Source: Marsupella aquatica
Taxonomy: Eukaryota > Plantae > Marchantiophyta
Length of the DNA stretch: 64,000 nt
Direction of reading: 5' to 3'
Assembly (NCBI GenBank): GCA_973895155.1
Contig: OZ316893.1
Coordinates: 27,662,210 to 27,726,209 of the forward strand
The translations under genes were made by a program, and so were the position numbers. Positions 22,301-36,400 of the stretch are shown here, one piece after another. The notes beneath the pieces were generated by a model. The model did not search any database and was not told the origin of the DNA. It saw nothing but the letters and a program-made list of their open reading frames with translations. Position 1 is the stretch's first letter. Each line of letters starts with the position of its first letter.

Positions 22301-23528
22301 AGGTTTTGAAGCTGCTCTACTATTTAGACTGATAGTTTTCCTATTGAGGAACCACTCTATGGGAACCCGCAGGTCCTTGATCACTGGCAGGTCTATAGGG
22401 GCGTGCTGCTCCTAATGTAGTCTCCAAATTTCTTGTTTGGCTGCCTTTTCTGAGGCTCAGCTTTTTCCCTGGTCCTGGCACATCGACCTATGGTCCCCTG
22501 GGTTGGTGCCCTCTTTTGAGGCCCCCCTCTTTGTATGCTAACTAAATGATTCACTCTTTTTGTAAGAGACGATTATTGATTTCAGATCGGAATGAAATTC
22601 CTCGTCACATAATCACAAAACGGAATTAATACTTTTGCAAAATTGTTTTGCTCTCACAATCACGTCCTATCGCTAACAAATGGTCAGATACCATCCCAGT
22701 CACAAACCGTCTCACGTCCACATTTCTCAAACCTTGCTGCTGGCAATATACTATTTCCTTCTTTCGTTTTTTGCCTCGAGAAAACCAATTGAATTACATT
22801 TTCTACTGACTTATCAATTCTAGTAATTGTCATAAATAAATGAAGCCTCGTATAATCGAGTAACTCCATTTTTCCTAAATGTGACACACTTTTTGTTTCA
22901 TTAGACTAATATGTTCAAACATTGCAAATCTTCCACGGAATCTGAGAAAGGGCACGTCATTGGCAAGAGGCTTTCACGTAAGATGAAACACTTGGATGAC
23001 AAACAGTAAAGCTCTTAAACCAAATGGGAAGATCTTACAAGTGAAAGAATCCCGAAGTCTGGCGCTCAGATGTTTTAAGACTTGACTTTTTGTATACCAA
23101 TCATCTGTGAACTGAGTCAGTTTCTGAGACATGCTAGCAAAACGTGGCAATTTCTTCCAAACTTTGCTCTCGAAACATATTTTTAATGGGCTGTAAAACA
23201 ATTAATGGCCTCTTTGAGCGGGCAAGCTTATCCTACTAGATGCAGTACTTCAACAGCCCTGAAATATCATCTAAGCACTTCCTCCGATGGAGCAATGTAG
23301 CTTCATCAATCCTTCAAAACTGTAAATACCTTGGGAGGGTCCACCCTCCGTGGCTCAGATGAATGCAAGAGCAATCCACAAGCCAAAGGCGAGGGGAACT
23401 AAGATCCAAAAGATCGACAACGACTTGGAGAAGACAGGGGAACGAGTTCCAGTGCCATTGAATTGCTTCCTCTCAACAGTATGTCATTTACTCAGCCAAG
23501 CCATATTCAAGCCGTGCATGTCAGACGA

Positions 23529-26500
23529 TCACTGTCTCTTTCCTGAAGGTTTATAAGATGTACTTAATTTGCCCTTTGATGCCTGGAAGAAACCACACTT
23601 CGTCAAAACATCTTAAATATATTTTTGTAAGAATATGACAGCCCAAATCAAAACGCACGAATCCGTGAGCTACTGTAAAGAGGGAGGGGGGATGAAGGGG
23701 GCAATGAACAGAATCAATGGAAAGAAAGATGGTAAGAGCATACCAATTTGGATTTCCTCTTGTTCTTGCCCTTTATCCTGTTCTTTGGGGGCTTCAACTT
23801 GTAGATGCGAACCATCCAATGGTGAGTTGTAAATACCTGAGGTGAAATATAGGTGAGTAGAACGAGTAAAAGAGCACCTGCCTGAAGGCAAGGCAGGCGA
23901 GAGAGGCTAACACAGATTCCCGAGGTCATCCCAAGTATAGAGACTAAAAGACAACGAAGCAGGTGATTTGGGAGAGAAGTCCAAGCAAATGGCTCAATAG
24001 CAAAAGCAAAGAGCATTAAATGCACGATCAAGACAAACTTTGCAGTCAATTACTGTCAACAACAAAAATTCAACTCAGTCGAGTCTGGGCAAATGACAAG
24101 CAACTAGTTCAGGTTTTGACGCACCTCCTCAAAGTGAGTAAGTTTGGAAACTTTCTTTCCGATCTCAGTTCTTCTGACTCGATCATATCCCTTCCCGTCC
24201 ATTGTTGCTTCTGCAAATCTGCAACAAAGCACCCAAAAAAAATACATCATTCCATTTCCTTTTCAAAGAAGATGGGGACATTATCCGATTATATACACCG
24301 CGGCGGATGAACTTGGATATGCAGATTGCGGCCCGACACAAAATGAGGTAGTCATCAAGTACATACCTATAGTATGACAATTTGTACATCAGACAATTTA
24401 ACATTGTCGGTGTTGCTTGTGCATCAATACGATACTGTCCATCCCGCTGTTCAACATTCCGTTATCTTTGTCAGGAGACTTCGAATAGCTTTATCATCAA
24501 ACGACATCTTGCAAAATGGAATATGAACATTTTTGAAGCCATGTGCTTCAGTGCTTTAAACCTTACAAGGTAATCAGGCTCCTTGATGTGAGGAAAAACT
24601 CCTCCCCCAATGCGGACCATCCAAAGGAACTTATTAATATCATCACTGGGATATCCTACTAAACCTGCAGCCAAAATTTATCGACATCGTTAGGAGCTTT
24701 TCTTTGTAATTTGTTTCTACAGAATTCAACCAGATATAATCTTTAAGTTCACAGAGTTTATTCACTTATTATTACGATAAAACAAAAACAAACATGCATG
24801 CTTTCAAAGAAGTGTTCATACCTCCAAAAATGACAAAGACATATTTGACATCTAAACTCTGGTATATCTCCCAAGCCTGCCGCTCTGGGGAGGACATTGC
24901 CATGCCTACAGTTGCTATGTGTGTATTGTTCCAAGTGTTGTTGTCTACAATTACTGTTCTGTTTGCCATGGCAGTTGCTTGGTACCCATAATCCCACCAT
25001 GAGGCAACCTGGAGTGAACACAATACCGTCAGACAGTGCTTGAAATTTCCTTGACACCAAAAGCAGACGTCATAAATACATGTAAACATAAGAGACAAAT
25101 GTCCGGCGCCTATCAACCTATCCCTGCTTAACTATGAAACCTAATGAGCTGTCTGTTGGTTGTTTGCAGATGGTCATTACTACTTGACCCTGGTTGAGAT
25201 TGCATGACACAAGCAACTTAAGAAAGACAAAATTGCACCTTATCATTTGGGTCAGTGTTGTGACCGAGCCAAGCGTAAGCCTCTCGAAAATCATCAAACA
25301 CGTGGACACCGTCGGCAGTATGGCTGGTGAGAACAACAGATGGAGCTGAGTAGGCCTCTGCAGCCGCCCACACGCAATGTATCTGCAGTAGTTTCAAGAT
25401 AGCACTATCAAGATTTTGTTTCCCTTTCAATTGAAGGTCTGCAATTTGGGACCCTTAAGTTTGGAGGGATTAGGTGGTAATTCCTTCACTATCAAGCCAG
25501 CGCTATGAGCTTCTAGACAGTAACAGTGTATAAATGGACACTACAAATGAACAATTGGTTTACTTTACAATTCAATCAATCTCTGTGGGGCTAGGCTCTG
25601 CAGACGGTAACAGGTCTACTGACCACATAAAACGAAGTCAATAATATAAGTAACGCAATGGCAACCGCAGAAGCCTCCAGAGGCAACAACTTGGCTGTCT
25701 TCACTTTGGGTTTCTTGGGAACAATCTTCTCATTCGTTTCCCTGTCCTTCTTTCGAATTCTCTTGGCTGATCTCTCCCTTAATGAATCCTTTCCTTTCTC
25801 ACTACCACTCTTCAGTTTAGTTGCTGTCTCGGCAATCGCTGAGGTTGCGGCGAGGATTGGTGCTAGATTGGTTTCAGTCTGCAAAACCAGAGCAACAGCC
25901 AGTTATTCTTGTTCGTGCCATGCTCGCCACCAGCAACGGTTATTTAGTCCAAGGGAAATGAGCTCTCCCCTATCATTCAAGAAATCAGATCATCAAATAT
26001 TCTGCAAATTTCCAAGGGACACTAAGTTTCTATCACTTGTGGTAGTTCCGAATATCAAATATTGAAAGTGCGTTGATATTGTGCGTTACGATCAGCGACA
26101 TGGCAGCGTTCAATGCGATGGCCTAAACTGTAATTCTTCTTCACCTTAACAGGTTGAGGCTCAATAGCCTCAGGAAGGTCAATTTGGTACTTGATGGACA
26201 GTGTGAACGTTGCAAAAGCTTCCGAAAGGGCAATCCCTCCCATTATACAGGCTGCTGGTGCCAGGACGAGCATCAGACGAACCTGTGCAAAGACATTGCG
26301 ATCCAACCAAAGATATCAATCCACGAAACCCACAATTTCAATAAGCAGTACTGTTGATATTGCATCCTCGTCTGTTCTAAAAACAAAGCTGTAGCACTTA
26401 ATAGAGAGAAATCATGCACGTGATTGTGAAGACTCCATCCACACTTCCAACTCCTACACAACGAAAAGTACCAGCCTGATACATAAGGAAATGTCACAAC

Positions 26501-29500
26501 TTAAGGGCTTCAGCAGGACCTTGATAATCTGGCCCATCCAAACACAGATGCACTTACCATGACACCAGAGAAGTATACAGCTGTGACCAGGTACAAGACT
26601 GCAAATGTGCTGGCATCTGAAAGGGGTAGGAAACAAGCCTGCAAAAGACGGACATGTAAATATCAAAAAGTCCTCCTCGGTCTCTCATTCTACATGCCAA
26701 GTTTTCAAGTCCAGTTTTACCTGGCAACTTAATGCCAAGAAATAATCTCGTTTTAGGACATGAATCTCATTCCCTAAGTATGCTAAAATTTGGAGAACAA
26801 GTATTGGAAGACGTCCATTTTGGATTCAGTCACGAAAACGAGCAAGCTCTCCAAGAATCCCCCTATACTAATGAACTGGCAACATTCTTTGGACCACGCT
26901 TTTCTCACGGGAGTGTTTCCACCCTCTATTCAACAAATATCAACAGAGAGTAATTAAGAACCCAGAGCAAGCATCAACGACATGCGAGCCGTGAACATAA
27001 GTCACCGACGCGTCAAATGACTTACAATAATTCCAGCAGGGACCAGAAAAGCTAGAATATTGATGTCCATGAAGTATGACGGCCACGTAGGTGGTTGATG
27101 TTCACTGACACTTGCAATAATTGGAATGTACTTGCTTGCGTAGGTGCTGTAGTCAAGAACAACTTGATTAGTTAAAACTCACATTGCGGTATTGCGCACC
27201 CAAGGACCAGCAGCTGCTCTAGTATGATCAGAAGGGAAAACCCATGAAAAAAGCGACAAATTCATTTATGGTAGAAACGTTTTGCATCAAACCCGTATTC
27301 AAAACCTATATCTAGAGGTCAATTCGCCAGAAGTCCAGCTGCAAGCGAAATTTCAGATCAAAGACAAGTGCTAAGAAACTCACGGATCGAGCAAGCTCAA
27401 ACTGCGTCCACTCCAACCACCAGTAGGACTTGTGGCAACCATTGCCACCAGAACTGCCAACAAAATCAATGCAGCAGCCCTATTGTAGCAACAACCCAAA
27501 AAGTCAGGTTATTGATATCCCAATCGTCTCATGTGTTTATTCCAGTATGTTAGAGATTCCACGTGGGGAGGAAATATCCTGAAAACCTTTGCTGAAGGCC
27601 AAAAGAAGTCTATGGTATACCCAAATTCCTTCCTCTATAGATCAAGCGAGAATGCAGAAGCACACTATTCTGAGAGAGGGATAGACATTTCGTACGTGCC
27701 AACTGATATCACAATAGTCACAGCCATACGGAATTGCTTGGGTGTGAGCATGCGCTTGATGTAATAAGCCAAAGCCACCACTTGGATTATCACAAATACC
27801 TGCAGATAGATGATGCCCCAAGTTGGCACCAAGTTGACAACAAGATGAGTTAGTTCCATCCATAACATCAACAAAGCGTTAGCATAATTGGGAATTCCAC
27901 CCGACTCCGAGTAACCAAAACCACTTGCACTGAATGCTACTCCATATTCTCAAGGCCAGAGCAATCAATACAAGAGGTAAATAATGCAAGTACATATAGA
28001 CATCTGATAGAAGTCACTAGATAGCATCATTGACTGCCAAAGGATATTATGGACAGTCGACCCACATCCTGCCACTCTTCACAGAAGGTCTACAGATCAG
28101 ACACTAACCAGGAAAGATGCGAAGTGCTCAGATGTCATGACAGCGTTGAAGCCCACAACTGGGACAAGTGCAGCCAACAGCGTTCCCAATAACACCTGCC
28201 AAAGAGCAACAATAGTATTGATCAGAATAATACCGTCTGGCGAGGTAAAATAATCTATCCTTTAGAAGAGACACCTGAAAGAGGATCCAACTTCATTCAC
28301 TAATAGATTTTAACCCAAAAGCAGCTTACCAAGGGGACATATGCGATATACACACGGGATGAGTAGCGCCCAGTCACAATCAAAAGTAACACGTGCATTG
28401 GAATGAGGTTGATGATAAAAGTGTACCCGCCCCACGAACAAACCTGTATCATGTCAACGTAGAATTAACAATCACTACGCACTGTAAATACAATACAATA
28501 CAATACAATACAAAACTCTTAGGGTCTTCAGTTGTCATATTTATATCCACGTCTGCATCGAATACGTTGGCATTATGTTTGCTTAAGTCAATTGCAAGGA
28601 AAATGCGAGTAGGAAGCTAATCTTCCATACGCTTGTTCCCTGTCTGTCTTCTCATTCGAAGACAATCTAATCCCAACTCAAGAGGTACTTCATTGTATGT
28701 GAGGGGAACATCAACCGACCAACCCTCATTCTGATCTCTACAACGTCCTCAATGGAAATCAGCCCACTCGAATACGTAGATTCTCACCAAACAATATAAG
28801 AGAGTAGGTCCATACCATATAGAAATAAGCCAAGGAATTCAAGGTAGCATAAAAGAGGGAACCAGTGTTCAACGTCTGCAGCAACACACCATGGACGCTT
28901 TGTTAAAGTATGGTAAAGAAAGGTATTGCGAAAATGGCGTCCCCATGACTTCTACGGGAGCACCAGGGACAGACGAACAAAACAACACTTGGAGAGGAAA
29001 AGAAGACTCGAATTACCAGTATAACCAAAGCTCTCTGAGACCTAAGATTTGCTAGCTGTTTGCAGGAGAATATCAAGAAGGGCTGCTCTTCAGATAGTCG
29101 TAGAGACTAGTTGACTAACCCCCAAATGATGTCAGATAAGTAGAGACAGCCTGACTAATTATGATGAGAGGAAGACAACACATGGGCCTTTGAACATCAC
29201 TACTACAACGCTACACACCATATGACTAAGTGAATTTTTGCATATCGTAACCTTCGACAACATTGCCTACTGATACACAGAAACAATTTTCAAAGAAATT
29301 CCACTGACCTTCAGATATAGGTAGAATGTGAACACCAGTGCAAATATGGCAACACCCTCGTTGTCATAACTACCAGCTACAGACCTTGATATATATGAAG
29401 GAACCTGCACCGCGTCAAACAATGAGAGGAAAGTTACGTCAACAGCCTAAATTAAATAGTTAGTAAAAGAAAACGTTTTGCCATGTTGTACGAATGAACT

Positions 29501-31381
29501 CACAATGGCAAGTAATGCTGCCGCAGTAAGGCCGGCACCAACTCCTTTCACCTCCTGCAGACAACATACAGAGACATTAGCATACACAATCAAATGCTCC
29601 ACAAAAGGTACCATCAGGGCAACCCCCAGTCTACATTCAATGGAAGTAACATTTTCAACATATGGCTGGCTTGCCAACCACAGACACAAAGATTAATGAT
29701 TTTCCAGGCAATTCGAGATCTGTTTACGACGAAATAGTGCTCCCACACTTGAAATAGGCTCTGATTTTTCATTCGACAAGAATAGGAGAGTTCACAATCA
29801 GAGAGACCCGAACAGGTTCACGGTGAGAAACCACACGTGAAGACAGAAAACACAAACCTTCGTCAGAGCGTAGGCGGACCAAGCAGCAAATGCGGAGAAC
29901 ACCGGTGCAGTGAATACACACACAGTTTCAACTGATAGCGGAATATTCAACGAATTTGCAATCCTGCACACATCCAGTCGGTACTCTTTTCACATGAGAA
30001 ATTCTACAAGTTGCCTCGGTGTATATGGAGAGCTCACAGTTTTTTAAGAACTTATCCTCGTTCAATCCAAGTTTGAGCAGAAGTCCAACTGCAGGGAATA
30101 GCACATTGGCTCGGCCGATTCTATCATCCCTTACCACCACATAGTTCCCGCAGTTAGGGTGAGCCCAGGGTAGACTGTGCCACCAACAACACGACCCAAG
30201 GGATACCTGCATTACCATGGAAATCCCCAATTTTGTAAGTCTACAAATCAAAACAACACAATCGACCACCAAAAGTGGAGTGGTACTCTGATTGGTACCT
30301 ATTTATTCATGGTCACGCCACAATAGCGATAACAGGCGACGAACGAAAGTCAAGCTTACATCCCCATGTTACAGAACACACGAGCTTGGTTGCACTTACC
30401 AAGTTCTATCATCAAACCAATTCCAGAACTCGTAGATTCCAGCCTTTGAAAGATACTGGAAATCCAAAGCAGCATGTAAATAAATTGATCAGGCAAACGT
30501 CACATAACAAGAAACACGTCTCCAGCAGTCTAAGAGACCAAAGGATGACCAGAGGAAATGAAGGTCTTCATACAGAAAATGCAGAGGGCACACGAAATAA
30601 ATGAAAGTTCTGCATAAATACTTTAATCAAGGACACTAGTTGTAAGCTTAAGCTACGTGTGATAGCTTACCTGAGTGACTCTGTAGTTGAAGTAGGGATC
30701 AAACTCATGAATCACACTCTCATACTTGATCACCTGAACACTCGACGCAAATGATTAGCATAAATCCTGGCCTAGGGGTTCAAACGTAGACAAGACTCTC
30801 ACCACAAGTGTCAATTCCTCCGTCTCTGTTTTAAAAGTTTATGCGGTCATGAATCCTGGCCGTACACAATGAAATCCAGCGGAGAACTATCTTTCATTTC
30901 GTTTCATTTCGAAATCTAAGTCTGTATGCATATTATACATACATCCAAAAATCTTTCCAGTATTAAGAGTGACCAATGTATCCAGCACTAAATGCCAAGT
31001 TCTCCGTTCCTAGTTTTTAATATGGGAAAACGCACCGCGGACGGTGGCGATTTGCAATTCTGACTGCGGAAAGAGCCACAAACAGGTAACACCGACCAAA
31101 GGACGACTAAACCAATCAATTACATCAAGGTCGAGTGCATATAGACACGCATTATTGAAGTCAAACGCAAAACCAAACAGTGAAAGATCCATGAAGGGCC
31201 CCAGATAGAAGTAACTCACGGAGAAGAGGCGGATGGAGAAGGCCAAAATGCCGATGAGCATCAAAGTCGCGAAAGCAAGAATCGAAGCCCACGGACCTCC
31301 GGCTCCTCGCCTCTCGCTCGCAGGAGCACGAGGAGCAGCAGCAGTATGGGCCAGGGAGGCTGATTCTCCACTGCTCGCCAT
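23529..31381 (-). CDS. STT3A: Oligosaccharyltransferase catalytic subunit STT3A (~23 exons)
   Basis: ATG 31381, TGA 23531-23529. Approximate exons: 31220-31381, 30671-30733 ([18 protein letters not shown]), 30400-30456, 30136-30207, 29858-29963, 29503-29554, 29309-29404 ([11 protein letters not shown]), 28816-28875, 28330-28443, 28109-28195, 27697-27799, 27383-27480, 27026-27146 (SVSEHQP), 26558-26638, 26145-26282, 25625-25878, 25239-25382, 24822-25008 (WWDYG…DNNTWNN), 24567-24664 ([11 protein letters not shown]), 24368-24447, 24126-24218, 23743-23837, 23529-23582. The C-terminus (SSPE…[35 protein letters not shown]) is STT3A-type. Confidence 0.95.
28487..28512. repeat. (ATACA)n microsatellite in an STT3A intron
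   Basis: atacaatacaatacaatacaatacaa. Confidence 0.9.
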
Positions 31382-32577
31382 GATGAAAAATTCACTCAAA
31401 ACCACGCCGCATGCATTCGATCGCTAATCTCTCATCTCCTCTCCTCTCGACCAAACGCTGCCGGACGGACGGACGGAGCTCAGACTCTGCAGCCTACTCA
31501 GAAGCGCTCCGTCTTCTCCCCTCTCCCTCTCGATCCGTGCAGGACAACAATGACCGGCAGACCGATCGAAGATGCAACAATAACCTTAATAAATGGATGT
31601 TTTGTCTTCACGAGACACTGACAATCACGAGCATGAGTCCCACAAGAGACAACAAGACAGTCTTCTTCGTATTAGGCACAATCAAGAAGTGCATCATCGC
31701 ATTACATTACAGTAATCATAATTAATGTAACCAGTATCGTAATACGATTCGCGAAACGGAGCAGAGCATTGGAAAGACCGGTCATCGGGAAGCGGAGTCT
31801 CGGGGAAGGGCAAGACGGCCGCAACTAGAAGGGAGAGCGGGCGGCATCGGGAAGTGCAGTCGGCATCGGCAGAGCAGTCGTACTGTGGTTAGTAGTAACT
31901 CCAGCTACAATAATCTGATTTGTTTGTGTCCCCGGCCCTCCCTCTAACAGAAGAGAAGCCAAGATTTGTTTGTTTCCCAGGCCAGAGGATAATTGAAGTG
32001 AAGATAAGGAAACTTGAAACTCCCACAGACTCATCGCCAAGGCTGATTTTGTTGCTCTCGTGGTCAGCATCCATATATGTCCCACTTGGCAAACTCGGTT
32101 ACTACACTAGGCGTGCACCATTAGATCATGGCATGATTGCAATGGGAGATTTTTAGTTCTCATTTCTTTCTTCTATTTTTAATTTTTTTGAAAGAATCAG
32201 CCAATCTTATTAGAGTCAATAAGCTAATATTCACTCACTTTAGTACCTAGCTTTATATTATTTACACTAACCATCATAGATAATACTTGAAGTTAGAGTC
32301 AGTCTAGTTATTAGTACCTGATTATGGTTAAACTGATTAAAGTTACATGGTAATTCTAGACTAAAGAGTACATACCTAACACACAGAAACCAAAAAAATT
32401 ATTTGATACTTTTTCCACCAAAGTTTTATAAAGTGTTTGAAAGAAAATAAAGTCTTTGTGTTTACACGAAAAACAAAAAATGTTCCTTATTGTATACTTT
32501 TGCAAGGAAAACTCCGAATCACTCCTTATTACGAGAAAGTCAACCATATGGGTGTCATAACAAAATATGTTCAATAA

Positions 32578-32653
32578 GAAGCACAAACTGCTCAACTGAC
32601 AGGCCAACTTCACGAGAAGCACAAACTGCTCAACTGACAGGCCAACTTCACGA
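32578..32653. repeat. 38-bp perfect tandem duplication in the STT3A-MAP1A intergenic region
   Basis: gaagcacaaactgctcaactgacaggccaacttcacga x2. Confidence 0.95.
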
Positions 32654-33497
32654 GTCATTCTTTTTGGGAGAAGCCCTGGATGAGTACGGTGTTTGCATAG
32701 AATCTAGGTGGCACAATAGAATGTTGAGTTGATTTAAATTATCTTCATAGTTCAGTCCATTCTTATTATGTACACTACATACAATAACAGGTGAGGGTTT
32801 GTTTGCACTCAGCCTTGCCAGGACTATACCTTGCCAGGATAAGTTAAAGGTGTCCACTCTTTGTCGTTGATAGAACAATGCTCTAAGGCTTGGACCAGGG
32901 GCCAATAGGGGGGTCTCAAAACTCAAAACTTGATGGAACTTAACTTAGAAGTTAAGGTTATGGACAGAACAAATTATCTATTCTCAAATTCATAACATTT
33001 TGCCATAAAGATTGGTCCTATCCGCATCACCCTAAGTCACTGTAGAGGCTACTGAAAACTTTTTAAAATAAACTTTTAGAGAACACTCCAAAATTGCCGT
33101 GGCCATTTGTTTATGGCTAAAAGTCATCATATGTAACCATTAACCATCCAAAATATACATGGCCATTTGTTTATGGCCAAACACCATCATCGGCCAAACA
33201 CCATCATCGGCCAAACTCCTTCCCTCATGCTCATAGTTACAAGTTGCAACGGGTAACCTTTGTAACGGTGGTCCGTGGCACAAACGTTTTTTTTCCTCCC
33301 TTAAGGACTCTCTAGGAACGGAACATTTCTCTCTTAAAAGCTAAGGCGGGGGGGGGGGGGGCGCATTTCTGTCAAAACTCGCGCAAAGCACATAAAATCC
33401 GATCAGCACAGGAAAGAGAGGAACAGAGGCGCTGTAGAGGTCTGAGTCTCTGAGAGCGGCGGGTGAATTGATTAGTTGTTTTCTTTCTTGCTCGGCG

Positions 33498-36400
33498 ATG
33501 GGACTCCCGAGTAGCGAGGGCGCCCCTGGAGACGGTGCTTCGAACACACCACAGCAAAATGGCGGCACCACGGTGACCGATTCGAATGGAGCTGATGCTC
33601 TTCAGGTTTTAGCTTGCCAACGCTGCAGCAAGCTCGCCAAGCTCCAGTAAGTGCATTTCAGCATCAAGGTCTTTTGCTTTTGTTGTAGACCATGAATGCT
33701 CTCGACTTCCGGAATTCTTCTCCCGGTGGAGGATTGGGTTTTGCTCGAGACTTGTTGGGACCAGACACATTCGTTATTGCGAACTGGTTTGGTCGAATTC
33801 TTTCATTTACTGAGTCAGAATTAACCAATGAATCAAAGGATTAGGTTACAAGGCGACCAGTGAGTAAAGAGCACTTATCATAAAGTTGAATTTCAACTGT
33901 GTGGCACTGTCTGGCTCAATCTCCTTGGCGGTCAATCCCTTGTATATCGCAGGACGTAAAAAATTAGATACTTGCTTGCCCTGAATTCGGCAAAGGGACT
34001 GTACCTCTTCAATTGCCGCCCTGATTCCTTGTGAATTGCCCTCCATGTAGGTGCCCAAAGTGCTTGGAGCTGAAACTTCCTCGTGGCGCTGGGTCTTTCT
34101 GGTGAGGTTCATTGATGTGAGAAAGTTGCGATTGCCTCTGTGTAATTGTCGCATCCAGTCGTTCATCTGTGTCTGACACTTTGAAACAGAAACAGCTATT
34201 GAATCCGAAGATACTTTGAAATAACATAACAGGCCGTTAATTGTGTTGGTCCAGCTCTCAAGATTGCTTCAAGGCAGCGTGGGGCTCACATAAGTCCGTG
34301 CATTCTGATGTCAGCCAGAATGCTTTTCAGGCTCTAGTTAGTGCGAGCGGTAAAGATGATATCTCAGAATCCTTCTTCCAGGGTTGGCTGTATTGTATAC
34401 ACAAGGGACAGAGACGAACAGCACGAATGCCTGTGTGGGCTTGGACTGGGTATGGCATTGTATTTCGTCGTTTGCCAACTGTTGGTCATCTTTCTTGTTG
34501 TGTATTATAAGAAAGCAACGTGTGCCAGAACGTCATATATAGTTTTCAATGTAAGTTTTAATCTACGTTATAATCTTAGGTCTCTTTTGGTTGTTAAACA
34601 GTATTCGTGCAGCATCTTAGCATGTTGTTCTAAGCGCTGGTGCATGTTTCATGCAAAATAATGCTGTGATTGGTTTCTCTCTTCGCAAGCAGTCATGGTA
34701 AGAGATCTCCAGTTGGGTCTCAGCACCATGTAATACTCGAAACTGTGGCTCTGGTCCTTTTGACCGTCCGATTTATGGTGTCTAAGTCCTCTTTTTTTAT
34801 CGTAGTTAATCTTTTTGGGTGAGTCTTAGCAGTACGTGTCTACCTGGCAGTAATTCTATGGATCACCGTTCTCAGCTTGCCAACCACGAATTTGCAGGCC
34901 ATTGCGCCCATATCCTATTTCTCCGAGACGTCTACTTCCAGATAACATTCCTCGGCCTGAATGGGCTTCCGAAGTAAGTGCTAGGGTGGGACTCATCGGA
35001 GAATTTATTCTTTAATTTGGTAGTAATTTATTTGTCGATTGTCATTCTAATTTCATGCGATGTCCTGAGATTCAGTCTTGTCGACGTTGGTTGTCGCAGG
35101 GATTTGCAGACCAAGAGAGAGATAGTGAGTGGCAGAAAAGTGTGGAGGTATCATTTGCGCCCTCGTCTTTGATCGCTCTCCGTGAACGCACTGGTTCTGT
35201 TTAGCAGCATATTTCTGAATGTTTGGATGCTTTGATTATTCCTGGATGGAGAACTCATTTGCCATGACATGCGACTTGATCAGATCAAGACTCCAGCACA
35301 AATAGAAAAAATGCGGGCTGCTTGCAAGGTACTTGTTGTCGATTGCCATCTGGGTAGGACACATTGATGTAGGAATATCTTGAAGTTTCTAAGAGGAAAA
35401 ATCGAACGAGAAGCACACTAGTGATTGCGTTGCACATTTGAATTTTCTCCTCGTTGTTTCACTCGTAGATGCACGTCATCTCCTTTCATTTGGGCCATGT
35501 CATTGCATGGATGTTGTGAAAGATGGTTATAGACGCCGAGCATAGCCCTGACTGCCAATATCTGTTATTCTGCTCTTCAATACGTGCTTTTGCTTCACCT
35601 GCAAGACTGTGGAAAGCAAGGGCTGATTAGTGACCATAGACAACAAGAAAAATGGCTCAGGATCGGTGATGTTTATTATGTGGATGTAGCTTGGAAGAGA
35701 GGCGCTGGATGCAGCGGCTAGAGCAATTAGACCAGGAGTGACTACAGATGAGATTGATGCAGTCGTGCATGAAGTATGCATTAATGGAGGTTGTTATGCT
35801 CGACTCAATTCATTCGTGTGTGTCAACGTTTTTCCATGAAACCTGCTAGATCCTTTGTTGTTGAGCAATGATAGTCGCTGAGAGTGAAATTTCCATAATC
35901 AAGTTGAGAAGTGAATGGCTTTTTGCAGGTGGCTATCCATCACCTCTGAACTACCACTTTTTCCCAAAATCTTGTTGCACGTGAGTCCTAACTACCTGCC
36001 CAGAATTAACAGATTGGCAATGTTGTTGTAGACGTACTAGCTTGCATATATCAATGACCAATTTCGAAAACCCTTCAGAAGATGGTTTTCTGCGTAGTAC
36101 ATGTAGAATTTCCAGAGTGTCGTTAGATGCTGTGGACTTTTGTCCTAAATGGTTGCGTAGCTGAAGTGTTGTCATGAGATGATTTTGTCGTTCAGCTCAA
36201 TATTACTTTAATCTAGATTGTTGCAACTGTTTATATTGCCTTCGATGCCGATGAGCGAGGCATCTATTTAGACTGAAACACTCGATGCAGTCCAGGTGTC
36301 GCAGTCTTACGAATTGTGCAAATGTTGTTTTCCTTATGCAGGTCTGTAAATGAGGTCATATGCCACGGCATTCCTGATGCGAGGTGCCTCCTAAAACGCT

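Noticed and set aside
25625-25878. Lys/Arg-rich exon in STT3A as a novel insertion
   Set aside because: A variable, charged cytosolic loop at this position is normal for plant STT3 proteins.
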